DNA from: Blastocladiella emersonii ATCC 22665 | Lineage: Eukaryota > Fungi > Blastocladiomycota | NCBI GenBank assembly: GCA_025594325.1 | Contig: JANHCV010000009.1 | Coordinates: forward strand, 124,001 to 188,000 | Length of the DNA stretch: 64,000 bases | Reading direction: 5' to 3' | Shown: piece by piece, positions 33,653 to 45,867 of the stretch | How positions within the stretch are numbered: the first letter of the stretch is position 1 | Layout of the letters: every line of letters starts with the position of its first letter | Notes under the pieces: model-generated | What the model was told of the DNA's origin: nothing | The model's input: the letters and a program-made list of their open reading frames with translations, nothing else | The model's database searches: none | Program-made: the position numbers and the translations under genes

Positions 33653-35604
33653 ATGGAACTTGACGCAACACATTCTTGCAGACTTATTCTCGTACCCGAC
33701 GTGATCGACCGCATTCTTGTGAAGACGGTATCGCTGCACGCTGCCGGGCGGCCACGCGCGTGTCTGCGTTCGTCCGAGGCCTGCAGCGAACTTGTGCAAG
33801 CTCTTTCCAACTACACTCGCGTAGCTTGCCGTGCCGTCATTTCCAATGTGCTTCCGCGTGCGTTTGCAGTCATCCGGCACCTGATCGACGTGATGGTCGC
33901 GAGGAGCCATCTTAGCATGCCTGCCTTGCGTGCTTGGGGCGCGAGCGGACTTGTACTCGCAGCCTCGCACCCCATGGTGAAGCTCGATGTTCTGCACTCG
34001 CTGTTCAGGATGGAGGCGTACCGCGACGCTGGTATCGGGATCAGCGGCATTAAGTCGCCGCTCCCGCAGGTCTTGGTCATGTTCGACTTGGGCCACCTCG
34101 TTGGGACCTTGAAGGCTGACTTGTCGGTGCATGCTTCTCGTGTGCAGTCCCGTCGACTGGTGTCCCGTCTTGGCTGACTCACGCTCGCGTCTAGCTCGAG
34201 CCCCGCGTGCCACCGGCGGGAGACGTCGCCATCGACGAGTTAGCGAACGATATTGCAGCTGGCCGCATCACTACCATTAACTTCTCCAGAAAGCGGATCA
34301 CTTCGGCTGGCACCGCACGACTTTCGAACGCACTTGCGAGCGAGCAGCAGCAGGTGTCGAGGGTCTCCCTCAAAACTTACGATTTGACCTTGACGACGCT
34401 AGCCGAGATCGCGTTCCCGCCAACCATCGAGCATCTTGATCTCTCATCCAACCGCATCGGCTCTTCTCGGCATCTCGACGAATCGATGGCCGGCAACGTG
34501 GCTCCCCCGATCGCACATTTACCACCCTCGCTCGTGTCGCTCAACCTCAGCAACTGCAACCAGAGCTTTGGCCTCTTCCAGCTTCTCCAGGTCCCGCTGC
34601 CGGAATCTCTCGCACGGCTCGACTTGAGCAACAACGTCATCCGCGGCCCGGACCTCGCGACACTCGGCCGCGCGCTTCCACCTCGGCTCATCGAGCTGCA
34701 ACTGGCCAATGTCAAGCTTTTTCGACGGTCGCTTGGCATGACGCTTGATAGCGTCCTGTCTCAGCAGCTCGGCGCGCTGGCCTCGCACTTTCCACCGACG
34801 CTCGCGACCCTTGACCTTCGCGGTTCCCGGATCGGGAACAAGGGTATTGCTGCGCTTGCCCAGCACCTGCCCGCGTCGCTGACCACGCTGATCCTCTCGA
34901 ACAACGGCATCAGCGACTACTCGCAGCTTGTGCGGCATATGCCGCCGCAGCTCGAGCGTCTTGAGATGACCGAAGAGCGGAGCAGCTTCCAGGACTTTGA
35001 TCTCGATGCTGACCGAACCAAGTTCCTCGAGACCGCGCTCAAAAACCAGCGCGACGAGGTCTCCGCCAAACTCGTTGACGCGTTTCCGCCGACGCTCAAG
35101 CATCTCGCTTTCAACCGGCTCCGCACGCGGTATCACCGGAGCTTCTTCTACTTCATCCGGTACCTCCCGCCCGCGCTCAAGACGCTTGATCTCAGAGACT
35201 GGTTCGTGAGTCGGCGTGTGTGGTGGGAGCTCGCCATCGCAGCCCTGCCGCCGACGCTTGAGCGGATTACGATCGACCGACGCGTCTACCGTGAGGTACT
35301 GAACGCCATGGCTCCACAGCTCCCGAGCGGTCTCGCACTCGTTCAACCCGGCATCCGCGAGTGGTACGGCCAGCGTGAGCCGGACACTGCAGTCGTCGAG
35401 CCTAGTTCAGCCCTTTTCGAGAATGATCCTTACTGCACATACGACGAATCGCTTCAGCAAGGCGTCGAGCTGTGCGACAAGTACTCGGGACAGGCCTTGA
35501 AGGTGCACCTTTGCTACATCGACCACTTTCCTGAGAACGGCGAAGAAGGGCAGTCAGGCCGCCACTCACCACGCACGCGCGCGCGGCTGGTTGACCGTCT
35601 CTAA
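33653..35604 (+). CDS. F-box-like/RNI-type LRR protein, copy A (intact, ~627 aa; intron 34127-34194)
   Basis: N-terminal LVPDVIDRIL motif; repeated LPPxLxxLxLSxN units (HLDLSSN, SLNLSNC, RLDLSNN, TLDLRGS, TLILSNN). The phase-0 GT-AG intron joins two ORFs in frame. Confidence 0.85.
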
Positions 35605-35946
35605 CTGACCATGCAATATAAAACTTTGCTGGGAGAAGGCATACCGCAGCACCCCCACGAGGGGTAGTACCCTCAACGCTTGTGCGGATCACGCGCCAAC
35701 CGCGTGATTCTTAACGCTATGGCCCCATAGTTCCCTGTGTTGATGTGCTCTCGAAAACATGGCTCAGTTGACACCTCGCCTGGACCGCTGTCGGCAACCG
35801 CGAAGCGCGACGCGTTGGTCGGAACAGGTGACGGCTCAGGTGATGGCGGCGGCGCCACACGGCGCCTGTTCGCTAGGCAACTCTGCGCCCTCGACGCCTC
35901 GCTCTCCAGCATGTCATGTAAGCCGATGAATTTTGTACCCAACACC

Positions 35947-37645
35947 ATGGAACTTGCTGCAACGTTATTGCGCCGGCCCAGGCTCGTTCCTGATGTCATT
36001 GAGCGCATCCTGGTGTTCACTATTTTGTTGCACAATACCGACCTACCTTTCAGCCGCTCAGTCGACGGGGTCGCCTTAGTGCGCCAACTGTCCAACTACA
36101 CTCGCGTCTCGTGCCGCGCCAATATTCCAATGGTGCTTCCCCTGGTGTTTGACACGATCCTCCTTTCTTCTTGCCTGCGCAGCGCGGGAGTGAACCTCAA
36201 CATGCCTGCCTTGCGTGTTTGGGCTGCGTCTGATCGGCGGATTACTGGCGATTCCTTCTGGCTATCGCCCATCTTTGTCCATCACTACGATCGAATTGAG
36301 GCCTTTCGCGACGCTGGCATCCCAATCGACCACGTTTGGATGCCGCGCCCGCAGATCTTGGTCATGTTTAATCTTGGTCATCTTGTTGGAGCAAGCCAAG
36401 TCAATTTGGCGGTGCGGTCTTTATGTATCAAACATCGTCATGATGTGCGCGCTTACGCAAACTCCTTGTCCGTGAACAGGTCGATCCAAACGTTCCGCCA
36501 GCGGGTGATGTTGCTATCGCGGAGCTGGCCCAGGATATTGCTTCTGGCTCCGTTTCTTGCGTCGATATTTCGGTCAAACAAATCACTGCGCCTGGTGCGC
36601 GACGGCTTTCGCTCGCGCTCGGTAGTGCGCGCCAGCAGGTTTCGGACCTTAACCTGTCGACCTGCGACCTGACTTTGGCGTCGCTCTCCGAGATCAAATT
36701 TCCTGTGACCGTAAAACACCTCGACCTTTCTTTCAACAGGATCGGTACTTCCCGACATTTCAATCGCCAAACCGGCAAGGCTACGCTGCCGACTGTCCGC
36801 TTACCGTCGTCGCTAGTGTCGCTCAATGTCAGTCGCTGCAACCAGCGATTTGGCCCCACGCAACTCTTCCTGGACGTTTTGCCGGCTTCGCTCGAGCGGC
36901 TTGATCTGAGCGGCAACATATTCAACGACGACGACATTGAGACTATTGGTCGCGCACTTCCGCCTAGCCTCGTCGAGCTGCGACTCGCAGATCTCAGGTT
37001 GTTTACCTACTACACGGACCAGGGCCCGACTCCATCCACGTTCACTAAGCTAAGCCTCTTCGCCTCGCGCCTTGCGCCAACTCTGACACTCCTCAACCTG
37101 CGAGGAGCCCAGTTCGGAGACCGAGGCCTGGCCGCCATTGCTCCCCATTTGCCCGCGTCCCTCACGACACTTGTTCTTTCCGGCAACATCATTGGCGACT
37201 ATACCCCGCTCTCTGAAAATATGCCGCCGTGACTTGAGTCGCTTGAGCTCGCCTCGAGCTGGTGCGGCTTTCACGGAAACAATCGGCTTCGCACGCGATA
37301 CCACCGCACCTTCGTGTACTTAATCGAGCACCTTCCACCCCTGCTCGAGTCGCTTGATCTCTCAGCTGGTATGTCAGCCGCTGGGCATGGTGGGCCTTGG
37401 CCACGGCCACGCTTCCAGCGACGCTCAAGACGATCACGGTCGACTTGTGCGTTAACAACCGATTCATGGATGTCGCTGCCGAATGGCTCCCCATCGGCAT
37501 CACGCTAGTCCAGTCTCGCGGTCGCATTCGCCACGGTCGGCGCGAGCCAGGTGATGCTGCGCCCAGCGAGCCAGATGCAGCGCTGCTCGCAGGGGACCCG
37601 TACGAGGAGAATTTGGCCGAGGGCGAACCTGGGCTCGAGTACTGA
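35947..37645 (+). pseudogene. F-box-like/LRR copy B (disrupted; intron 36412-36479)
   Basis: Premature TGA at 37230-37232, an internal deletion between ELA and NRLRTRY relative to paralogs, a frameshift near 37370, and TGA at 37643-37645 where copy C has TGG. Confidence 0.8.
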
Positions 37646-38834
37646 CAGCTCTACGCAGATTGCCAGTACATTGATTTCGACGATTACAGACCCGGGTCTC
37701 TCTCTGAGAGCGAATACAGCGACGAAGATGACGAAGAGGGCAAGTGAACATGTTGGCGGCGGACAACCGGACGTGTCCACCATCGAAGTGTTCCAAATTA
37801 TATATAAAGTTTTTAACTTGAGCCTCGAGTCTGTCTGCTTGCTTCTCTGCGCGAGAAGAACTGCGGCAACATGCCGAAATAATCGACGCGTGCTCGCGTG
37901 ACCGCTGACACTCGTTCCGAAGGACGTGTCTCGCGTCTGGTGCGAGACACGTTAGTCCGTGCGGAACGTATGTGGTCCGGCCTTGATCCATGTGGGTCGA
38001 TTTATTGTCAACGGTTCATTTTGTGCGAGTCCTTGTACGAACGCGCTGCGGAACATGATTCTGCTCGCACACCTTCGCGATCAGTGAGACATAGCGTCAA
38101 GCACGAACATCATTTATTATGCACATCTAAGCAGAAAAATCCGACAGCACTACCGGGCGACAACATAGACCACGTTTCTCGGGCGGCCATCGTAGCCCCA
38201 GACGCTCTTGGGCGGCTCTGGGTTCTTGAGCTTGTTGATGTCAATGGGGATCGTGTTGATCGCCTGAACGATCATCGTGGGCGAGAATCACATGTGCTGC
38301 GCGTACATGTCACCGCCATCTTCGACCAAGTTGTGCCAGTCGAAGCGACCCGCACGCCCGCCTTGCTCGTCGCCTTGATCGTCGTAGCCAGCGCGGAGCG
38401 CCCATCGCGAGGGACGCTGGGCCGGTCGACGTGAAAGTAGTGCTTGCCGACGCAAGGAGCGCTATCACAACGACGACGATCGAAGAATGATGCAAGAGCT
38501 TCTTAATGTTCATGATCATGGTGACAGGGGACGCGATTTGCGGAGAGTTCGAGGAAAGTTGTTTGGAGCGTGATTGAGCGGGATGACTCGTCTGGTTCGG
38601 CCTCGAATTGACAGTGAACCTCCGAGATGATGTGATGCGAGACGTGTGAGACAGCGCGTTTCGTGGCGGAAAGCTGTCAGCGTGTATCGGCGAGCGAGAC
38701 AGGAGTGTCTCGCAACGCGCCGCGGCACGTGGTGGCGCCGCCACTCGCTGCTTTTGTAGAAATGAACCGACCCCGGAACTGACCCGGGCTCCGCGGACGC
38801 TCAATGTAACTGATGAACTTTGCACTCTTGCACC

Positions 38835-40818
38835 ATGAAACTTGATGCAACTAGACCTCGTTGGCCCCTGCTCGTGCCTGACGTGATTGACCGCATTCTT
38901 GTGAACACGATCGCGCTGCACGATCTCGAGCTGCCGCCGACGTTCAAGGACGGTGTCGCCTTAGTGCGCCTTCTCGCAAACTACACCCGCGTTTCCTACC
39001 GCGCCAACATTCCCCGAGTCTTGCCTTACGCACTTGCTCTGCTCCGGCGTCGCTTCACTCTGGATACAGCTGGGATAGGCTTGAACATGCCGATTCTGCG
39101 CGCTTGGGCTGCAGTCAATCATCGAAGCATTGGCTTGAGCCTTGAAGTAATGCGTGACACAATGTATCACTTGCACTGAATCGAGGCGTTTCGAGACGCC
39201 GGCCTTCCGATCTACGGTGTTTGGGCGCCACAGCCACGGCTCTTGGTGATGTTCGACCTCGGTCATCTCGTGGGTATTCGCGTGGTAAACTTGACGGTTC
39301 GATTTGCGCGTGACCGGGTTCAAATGTTCCCACAAACTGATTTCCACTCGTATGTAGGTTGATCCAAGCGTTCCCCCGTCCGGCGATGTTGCCGTTGACG
39401 AACTTGCTGACGGGATTGCTTCTGGTCGCGTAACCGCGGTCGACATATCTGTCAAACGCATCACCGCGGCGGTTGCACGCCGGCTCTCGGACGCGCTTGC
39501 GGACGAGCGCCAGCGGGTCACACACTTGCGGCTCTCGACCTGCGATTTGACTCTCGCATTGCTGGCCGAGATCACGTTCCCGACGACTCTAACGCATCTC
39601 GATCTCTCATTCAATCGAATTGGTTGTTCTTGGGACCTCCATCGGTGTTCGGATCGACTAGCCATCCCAACAGTCTGTCTACCACCTTCACTCGTGTCTC
39701 TCAACCTCAATAACTGCAACCAGCACTTCGGCCTTACGCAACTTCTTCGCAACCCACTGCCTGATTCAATCGAACAACTGGACATGGGTGGCAACGTCGT
39801 AAACAGCCGCGACCTTGAGGAGCTTTGCCGCGCACTCCCGCCAAGCCTCGTTGAGCTACGACTTGACAACCTCGTACTCTTCTCCCGCCATCCGGGAGAG
39901 ACCCTGCCCTCGTGTATGGCTCGTAATCTGGGCGTGCTTGCCTCGAAGTTTGCACAGACTCTGACACTGCTTGATCTTCGCGACTCGTGGATCAGCGACC
40001 GAGGTCTGGCTGCAATCGCTCCGTACCTGCCCGCGTCGCTTACTACGCTCATCCTCTCCAATAACAGCATTAGCGACTACACTCCACTCGTTTCGCACAT
40101 GCCACCGCGTCTCGAGCGACTTGAGCTTGCAGAAACCGCGTGCAGCTTCTGGGACTGCGACGGCTTTGCGGACGAGACCAAGTTTTTGTTGACGGCGCTG
40201 TACAACCAGCGCGATGAAGCGTCGGCCGCGCTTGTCGACGCGCTCCCTGTAACTCTCAAGCACCTCGCATTAAACCGTTTGCGCACGCGGTACCACCAGA
40301 GCTTCCTGTACTTTGTTCATCACCTTCCGCCCGCGCTCGAAACGCTCGACCTCACAAACTGGTTCGTCAGTCGCCGCGCATGGTGGACGCTCTCGACCGC
40401 GCCGCTTCCATCAAAGCTCGCGCGGGTTGTACTTGACCGGCGCGTCAACCCGCGGTTCTCGGACGCCCTGGCTCCGAACCTCCCTGTCGGCGTCGCCCTA
40501 GTCCAGCCAGGTGTTTGCGAACGGCACGGTCAACGCGAGCCGGGCACCGAGGCTCCTGGGTTCGAGCCATCGCTGTTCGCGCGCGACCCGTACGAGGAAA
40601 ATGTCGAAGAAGGCGAGCCCGGGCAAGAGTATTGGCAGTTGTACGAGGGTGAACCCTTTCTCGTGCACAACACCTACATCGGCGGGTACCTCTCGGACGA
40701 AGAGGAAGACGAGGAGGAAGACGAGGAGGAAGACGAGGAGGAGAGTGATGATGATGGCACTGACATTGATGGCTCAGACGATGACGGCGCGGACGACGAG
40801 ATTGAGGAGGGCGAATGA
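38835..40818 (+). pseudogene. F-box-like/LRR copy C: one premature stop, otherwise intact, acidic tail; intron 39297-39357
   Basis: In-frame TGA at 39177-39179 where copy B has CGA (D-R-IEAFRDAG). The frame continues through the intron to a 430+ aa LRR exon ending in poly-E/D. Confidence 0.8.
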
Positions 40819-41064
40819 ATTAATTGCTCGCGTGGCATAAAAATTTGATCACGTTGGAATGATATGAAAGCAAACCATTAAGACCGTGAGGATTCAGTGG
40901 CGCGTGCAACACGTGTGGTGGCTGCGAGACCAGGGGGGCTGGCGAGACATTGCGGAACAAGCCCCAGCCCCCCACTCGGGCCCTCGCCCTCCAGCTCCCC
41001 CTTCCTCTCTCCCAGATGTCAACTCTCCCCATGAACGCTCATATCGACTACGTAACTTGATGCA

Positions 41065-42928
41065 ATGAACTCTTGCAAACCTATGCTCGTACCCGACGTC
41101 ATCAACAACATTCTTGTGGCGGCAGTGCTACTTCACGATGTGCCGCTGGCCAACACGGACACGGCGCGCGCCGAGCTTGTGCAGACCCTGGCCAACTACG
41201 CCCGCGTCACGCGCCGGGAGTACATCCCGAGCGTGATGATTCATGTGCAGCGTGTTATCCGGAAACGTATCCCCCTGTATGACGCTTTTGAGCACTCTTG
41301 GTTGCCTGCCCTGCGAGTTTTGGCCGAGCTTGGCTCAGTCTTGGATGGCTCGATGCGCCAGGTGCGGCTTGCAATCATGCATCAGCTCAATAAGATTGAA
41401 GCGGCTCGCGACGCGGGTCTCCCACTTGTTGATGTTATGGCGCCGAGCCCGCACTTGCTTGTCGTCTTTGACATGGCCCAGCTGGCTGGCGTGTCCAAAG
41501 CTACTCTCCAGGCACGCACTCCCTGAAACACCTGATGGGCGGTTGTAATCGCCTCGCCTGCTCAGTTTCTTACGTTCGCCTGGCGATGACTAGGTGGATC
41601 CGAAAGCCGTTCCTTCGGGAGACGTTGCTATCGCTGGGTTGGCCGACGCGATCGCGGCCGGCCGTGTTGAGACCGTTGACATCTCGATGAAGCGGGTCAC
41701 CGCGACTGGCATTCGGCGGCTCTCGGCAGCATTTGCGAGTAACTACCAGCAAGTTTCGAGTATCATCCTCACGACCTGCAACCTGACTCCCGACTCACTC
41801 AATGAGCTTGCTCTCCCGCCCACTATCTTGCACCTGGATCTCTCATTCAACCGGCTTGGTGGCTCGCAGCAGTTTGAATTGACCAACAAGGTCCGCTGCG
41901 CTCGGCCATTCCGCTTACCGCCCTCGCTCAAGTCGCTCAACATCAGCAACTGTCACGATAGCAGCGGCCTCCTGGATCTGTTCATCGACGCGCTTCCAAT
42001 CTCTCTCGAGCGGCTCGATTTGAGCGGCAACTCGTTCACACACGAGGACCTTGAAACCCTTGGTCGCGCGCTCCCGCCAAAGCTCGCAGAGCTACGTCTC
42101 GCCGCCATGGATCTATCTCAGCGGGTGCCAGGCGGAACACTGGACGATGAAGTATTGGATAGCCTTGGGCTCATGGATTCGCACTTTCCGCTCACGCTCA
42201 TGACGCTTGACTTGCGCGGTTCCTGGATCGGCGATCGCGGATTCGCTTCAGTTGCACAGCACTTGCCCGCGTCGCTCACTAAGCTCATCCTCTCAAGCAA
42301 CAGCATCAGCGACTACTCTCCGCTCGTGCACCGCATGCCACCGAGCTTGACGCACCTTGAGCTCGCCGAGGACCACGACAGCTTTGAGGACGAATATGGA
42401 GACACGCGCTACTTGTGGACGGCGCTGTACAATCAACGCGACGACGCGTCCAAGGTGCTCATCGACGCGCTCCCGCCGACGCTCAAGCACCTCGCCTTCA
42501 ACCGGCTGCGCACGCGGTACCACCGCACCTTCGTGTACCTTATCAAGCACCTCCCGCCCGCGCTCCAGTCGCTTGACCTCACGGGCTGGTTTGTCAGCCG
42601 CCGCGCGTGGTGGACGCTCGTGACGGCCGCGCTTCCATCGACGCTCAAGGCGATCAAGGTGGACTCGCGCGTCAACCACGAATTCATGGATGTCCTGACT
42701 CCGCAGCTGCCCCAGGGCGTCGCGCTGATCCAGCCATGGGTTGGCGAGCGCGATGGCCGCCGCGAGCAGGGCGTTGCTGCTGCCGAGGCTGACACGACCC
42801 TGTTTGCAGACGATCCGTACGAGAATGACGAAGAGCTTGACGGCGAGCCTGAACTCGAGTACCATGAGTGGTACGCGAACCAGGTCGACGACTTGAACAG
42901 CACGTATCGTGCTGACCTCGAGGTGTAA
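41065..42928 (+). CDS. F-box-like/LRR copy D (intact, ~593 aa) with a GC-AG intron 41512-41593
   Basis: MNSCKPMLVPDVINNIL exon joined in frame via CAG|GCACGC...TAG|GTG to the LRR exon. The intron position is the same as in copies A-C. Confidence 0.8.
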
Positions 42929-43061
42929 GCTAAGAGAGGTAGGCGAACGTTTCTTGATTTGACTCTGCAAATACATGTTCCACATTGATATGTAAGCTTG
43001 TGCGCAAGTGATACTGATCTCAACATGTTGACTTGGTCGTGATGGGCTATGTTCTTGAATT

Positions 43062-43765
43062 GACGACCGTGGCCTCGCGTCGATCGCTTGCCACTTGCTC
43101 ACGTCGCTCACCACGCTGGTCCTCTCAAGCAACGGCATCAGCGACTACTCTCCGCTCGTGCGCCACATGCCGCCGAACTTGACGCACCTCGAGCTCGCCG
43201 AGAACCGCAATAGTTTCATGGACAACGACGTTGAGGTTGAAGAAACCCGCTTGCTATGGTCTGCGGTGCACAATCAGCGAGACCAAGCCTCGAAGAAGCT
43301 CATCAACGCGCTCCCGCGGACGCTCAAGCACCTCGCCTTCAATCGGCTTCGCATGCGGTACCACCGTAGCTTCGTTTACTTCGTCCAGCACCTCCCATCC
43401 GCTCTCGAGTCGCTCGACCTCACCGGCTGGTTTGTCAGCCGCCGCCCGTGGTGGACGCTCGCGATGACCGCGCTTCCTGTGACGCTCAGAGCAATTACAG
43501 TCGACACGCGCATGAACCGAGGTTTCATGAACGCTTTGGCGCTGAGCCCCAGGGCGTCGCGCTGATTCAGCCAGGAGTAGGCGAGCGTCGTGGCCGCCGC
43601 GAGCACGGCGCCGCCGCCGCAGACCCTGATGCGACCCTGTTCGCCGACGACCCGTACGACAAAGACAACGTCTTTGATGGCGAGCCGGGAATCGAGTACC
43701 ATCAACGGTACTCGCGCCGGGTCCAGTCCTTGCACTACTCGTATCGTGCCGATCTCGAGGGTTGA
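43062..43765 (+). pseudogene. 3' fragment (copy E) of the LRR gene, with a frameshift
   Basis: DDRGLASIACHLLTSLTTLVLSSNGISDYSPLVRHMPP...NRLRMRYHRSF; frameshift near 43545; the tail GVALIQPG...YRADLEG is nearly the same as copy D. No N-terminal half. Confidence 0.8.
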
Positions 43766-44029
43766 GGCATAGACATGCAGGCGAGACGTGTTAATAGAAA
43801 CAGTCGGTTGTTCGACCGCTGGCCGCTGCTGCATGAGCGAGCCGCAGCGCGAACGCTTTGCGGTGAGCGACGTGCTGCGCCACACCAGCCTGGGGCTAAA
43901 ATTATCGGGCTTTGCCTGGGCGATCAGCGGCCGTTCCCCCACGCCGCCTACAAAGCCCTCGAGCCCCCGCGCCCTTGGCCTGCTCAACACCCCACACATC
44001 CTCGCAACGTAACATCATCATCAACAACC

Positions 44030-45309
44030 ATGCCGAACAATGCACTCTGCGTCGGAATGACCTACGGAAGCGAGCTCGCCGGCTCGGACGTGGACGCGTA
44101 CAACATGGCGGGTCTCGCGGGGCAGCTCGGCATCGAGAACGTCGAGACGCTGACGGACACGCACACGTCGGTCGTGACGCCCGACGACGTGCTCAACTCG
44201 CTGCGGTCCATGGTCGACAACGCGCAGCCCGGCGACACCCTGCTCTTCTCCTTCTCGGGCATGGGCGGGCAGTCGCCCGACGCCACGGGCGCCGAGGCCG
44301 ACGGGCAGAACGAGTTCCTGGCGGTCTCCGACGGCGTGATCACCGACGACGAGATCCGCGCGATCCTCGCCGACCTGCCGGCGGACGTCAACTGCACCAT
44401 GGTCATGGACGCGGGGCACACGGGCACGATCGGCGACCTCGACCTCTCGGGTGCCGAGATTGCCGGCAACGTCGTGTGTCTCTCGTCCACGAACGACGCG
44501 GGCACGGCGTCGCTCGCCGACGCGATGGGCAGCCCGTTCACCAACGCCGTCGTCAACGTCATGACGGACAGCGCCAACTCGGGCGTGTCGTGGGCTGACG
44601 CCGCGGCGCTCATCGACGCGGAGCTTGGCAACGAGGAGCCCACAGTGGTCGCGTCGGCTAACCGCACCGAGCGTACGTTTCTCCACTCTCATCACTTCCA
44701 CGCGGATCCGGCAACTGACGCTCATTTCGAACGATAGTTCTCTTCGAGCCCGTGTTCGGCGGCGCTGACCTCGGCAACGGCGGAGAGCACGACGGCCATG
44801 GCCGCGCACTCGCTCGCGACGTTGCGTCCGAGCACGACGACCCGAACGTGTCGGACCCGGCGGACGAGGCCATGGAGCGCGGCGCGACGGCCGCTGACGA
44901 CCTCCAGGGCGATGTCGACATTTCGCGCGGCGCCGAGGCGAGCGAGGACCCGTACAACGACTACTCCGCCAACGACGACTACTCGCGCGGTTCCGTCACG
45001 GCCGCCGACGACCTGCAGGGCGACAACGACTTTGAGGCCCGCGAGATCGACCCGACGCGGACGATCGTGGGCGTGGACACGAACGGCGACGGTCGGATCG
45101 ACGTGGTGGCGTGGACCGACCACAACACGGGCATCTCGCGGCTCAACGTGCTCGAGGGCGACCGGCTGCAGATGGCCGACAACAACCACGACGGGCTCGT
45201 CGACAGCAACTACACGGCGGGCACCGACCACGTCGTGATCCCGGCTGGAATGAATATCGCGGCGTATGTCGACGCGCAGCAGGCGGCGGGGATGGAGATT
45301 CATTTTTGA
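44030..45309 (+). CDS. Metacaspase-like (peptidase C14) protein lacking the catalytic His and Cys, with an acidic C-terminal extension (~404 aa; intron 44673-44737)
   Basis: NALCVGMTY, AQPGDTLLFSFSGMGGQ (normally SGHGGQ), EADGQNE, ITDDEI, CTMVMDAGHTGTIGDL (normally DSCHSGT.LDL). The tail has VDTNGDGRID and ADNNHDGLVD. Confidence 0.85.
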
Positions 45310-45867
45310 GTGAGTGTGGAGGGCAGATGTACATAGACAACGCTTCGTGGATCATAAGTCGGCCGTGGTATGAGATGTCCAGTGGATTCAGGAATCGGGG
45401 AAGCAAGCGAGTCGCGCCGCGAGTTGACGGCGGTCGGTGACCATGGCCATGGCCATGGCCGTGCAGCGGCCGCCGCGCTTTGAGCTTTGGGGCGTTCGCA
45501 CTCGTCCGCACCTTGCACGCCTCGAGCAAGCAATCCAGGTCGAAGCACCCGTTGAGGGTATTTCTTGAACGCGGAGACCAAGGACTCCGGCGAAAGACGC
45601 TCGAGTACAGAGAGATCGCGCAACACAGGGCGGTCATGGCCGTGACCGCGGCCATGTTCGCGAACGAATTCCGCGATTCCTCTTGCCCTCACTGGACTAA
45701 CTCACTGAAGCGCTCGAGCAAAAGAGTCTAGCGTTGGATTTCATATTTTTGTGTTTTGTATTCAAGGACGGCAGATGAGGGGAGGAGGGGAGGAAAAATG
45801 GCGAGCGAGCGAGCGGACAGGTAGGGCGGGGGAGGGAGGGAGAAGCGACGGCGACAGATCACACAGC

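Noticed and set aside
38150-38519. Small minus-strand ORF with a signal-peptide-like start (MNIKKLLHHSSIVVVVIALLA) between LRR copies B and C
   Set aside because: The frame ends after ~70 codons with no recognisable homology or convincing splice model. It could be a decayed gene, but I cannot support a call.
33264-43765. Interpretation of the LRR array as a transposon or canonical NLR cluster
   Set aside because: No transposase, RT, terminal repeats or NACHT/NB-ARC P-loop motif was seen.
45436-45462. (CATGGC)n palindromic run, with a similar run near 19686
   Set aside because: A simple low-copy microsatellite with no further structure.
18064-45562. Short shared word GTTGAG(GA)GGGTA at ~18064, ~35661 (reverse) and ~45551
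   Set aside because: Too short and too few copies to tell from chance without a genome-wide count.
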